This document shows, one piece after another, positions 63,849-64,000 of a DNA stretch of 64,000 bases (the first letter of the stretch is position 1; each line of letters opens with the position of its first letter). The stretch lies in contig NC_057718.1 in assembly GCF_004010195.1 (NCBI RefSeq), positions 46,196,600 through 46,260,599 on the forward strand. The letters run 5' to 3'. The notes beneath the pieces were generated by a model that was not told the DNA's origin, made no database searches, and worked only from the letters and a program-made list of their open reading frames with translations. Source of the stretch: Chiloscyllium plagiosum (taxonomy: Eukaryota). The position numbers were made by a program, and so were the translations under genes.

Positions 63849-64000
63849 AGCATTTATATCCGCCTTCAATCCAAAGTGCCAAGTGCTCTCCATTTTGGCC
63901 TCAGCTTGATGTTCCCAGCATCATTGTTGTCAGTTGTCAATCAATTTTATTTATTCCACATGATATAAATAAACTGCAGCAAGTACTAACACTGCAAAGG

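Noticed and set aside
1..64000. CRISPR arrays, operons, rRNA or prokaryotic systems
   Set aside because: Vertebrate repeat-rich DNA; no regularly spaced repeat-spacer array, rRNA or intact gene seen.

Overview
Eukaryotic, repeat-dense, apparently gene-less DNA (intergenic or a large intron). It is most likely from an elasmobranch (shark), inferred from HE1-type SINEs, HER1/CR1-type LINEs and a Deu-domain SINE. I found no host protein-coding exon I can support. The long ORFs are decayed transposon fragments or run through N gaps (23718-24141, 42365-42864). Main content: (1) an old two-LTR Gmr1-like retrotransposon (3950-10616) with SCAN-related gag, tRNA-Pro PBS and integrase placed before RT; (2) two decayed minus-strand Gypsy elements (34861-40162; 53019-54995); (3) many CR1, RTE and Tx1 LINE pieces and several tRNA-derived SINEs; (4) two TA-flanked Tigger-like MITEs and Harbinger remnants (Myb/SANT and transposase); (5) Penelope-like elements whose pseudo-LTRs carry minimal hammerhead ribozyme motifs of at least two families, some as small TSD-flanked or hairpin insertions with a ribozyme on each strand. 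The hammerhead-bearing mini-insertions, the Gmr1-like element and a perfect 172-bp dispersed duplication are the most notable items. Family names come from recalled motifs, not database searches.
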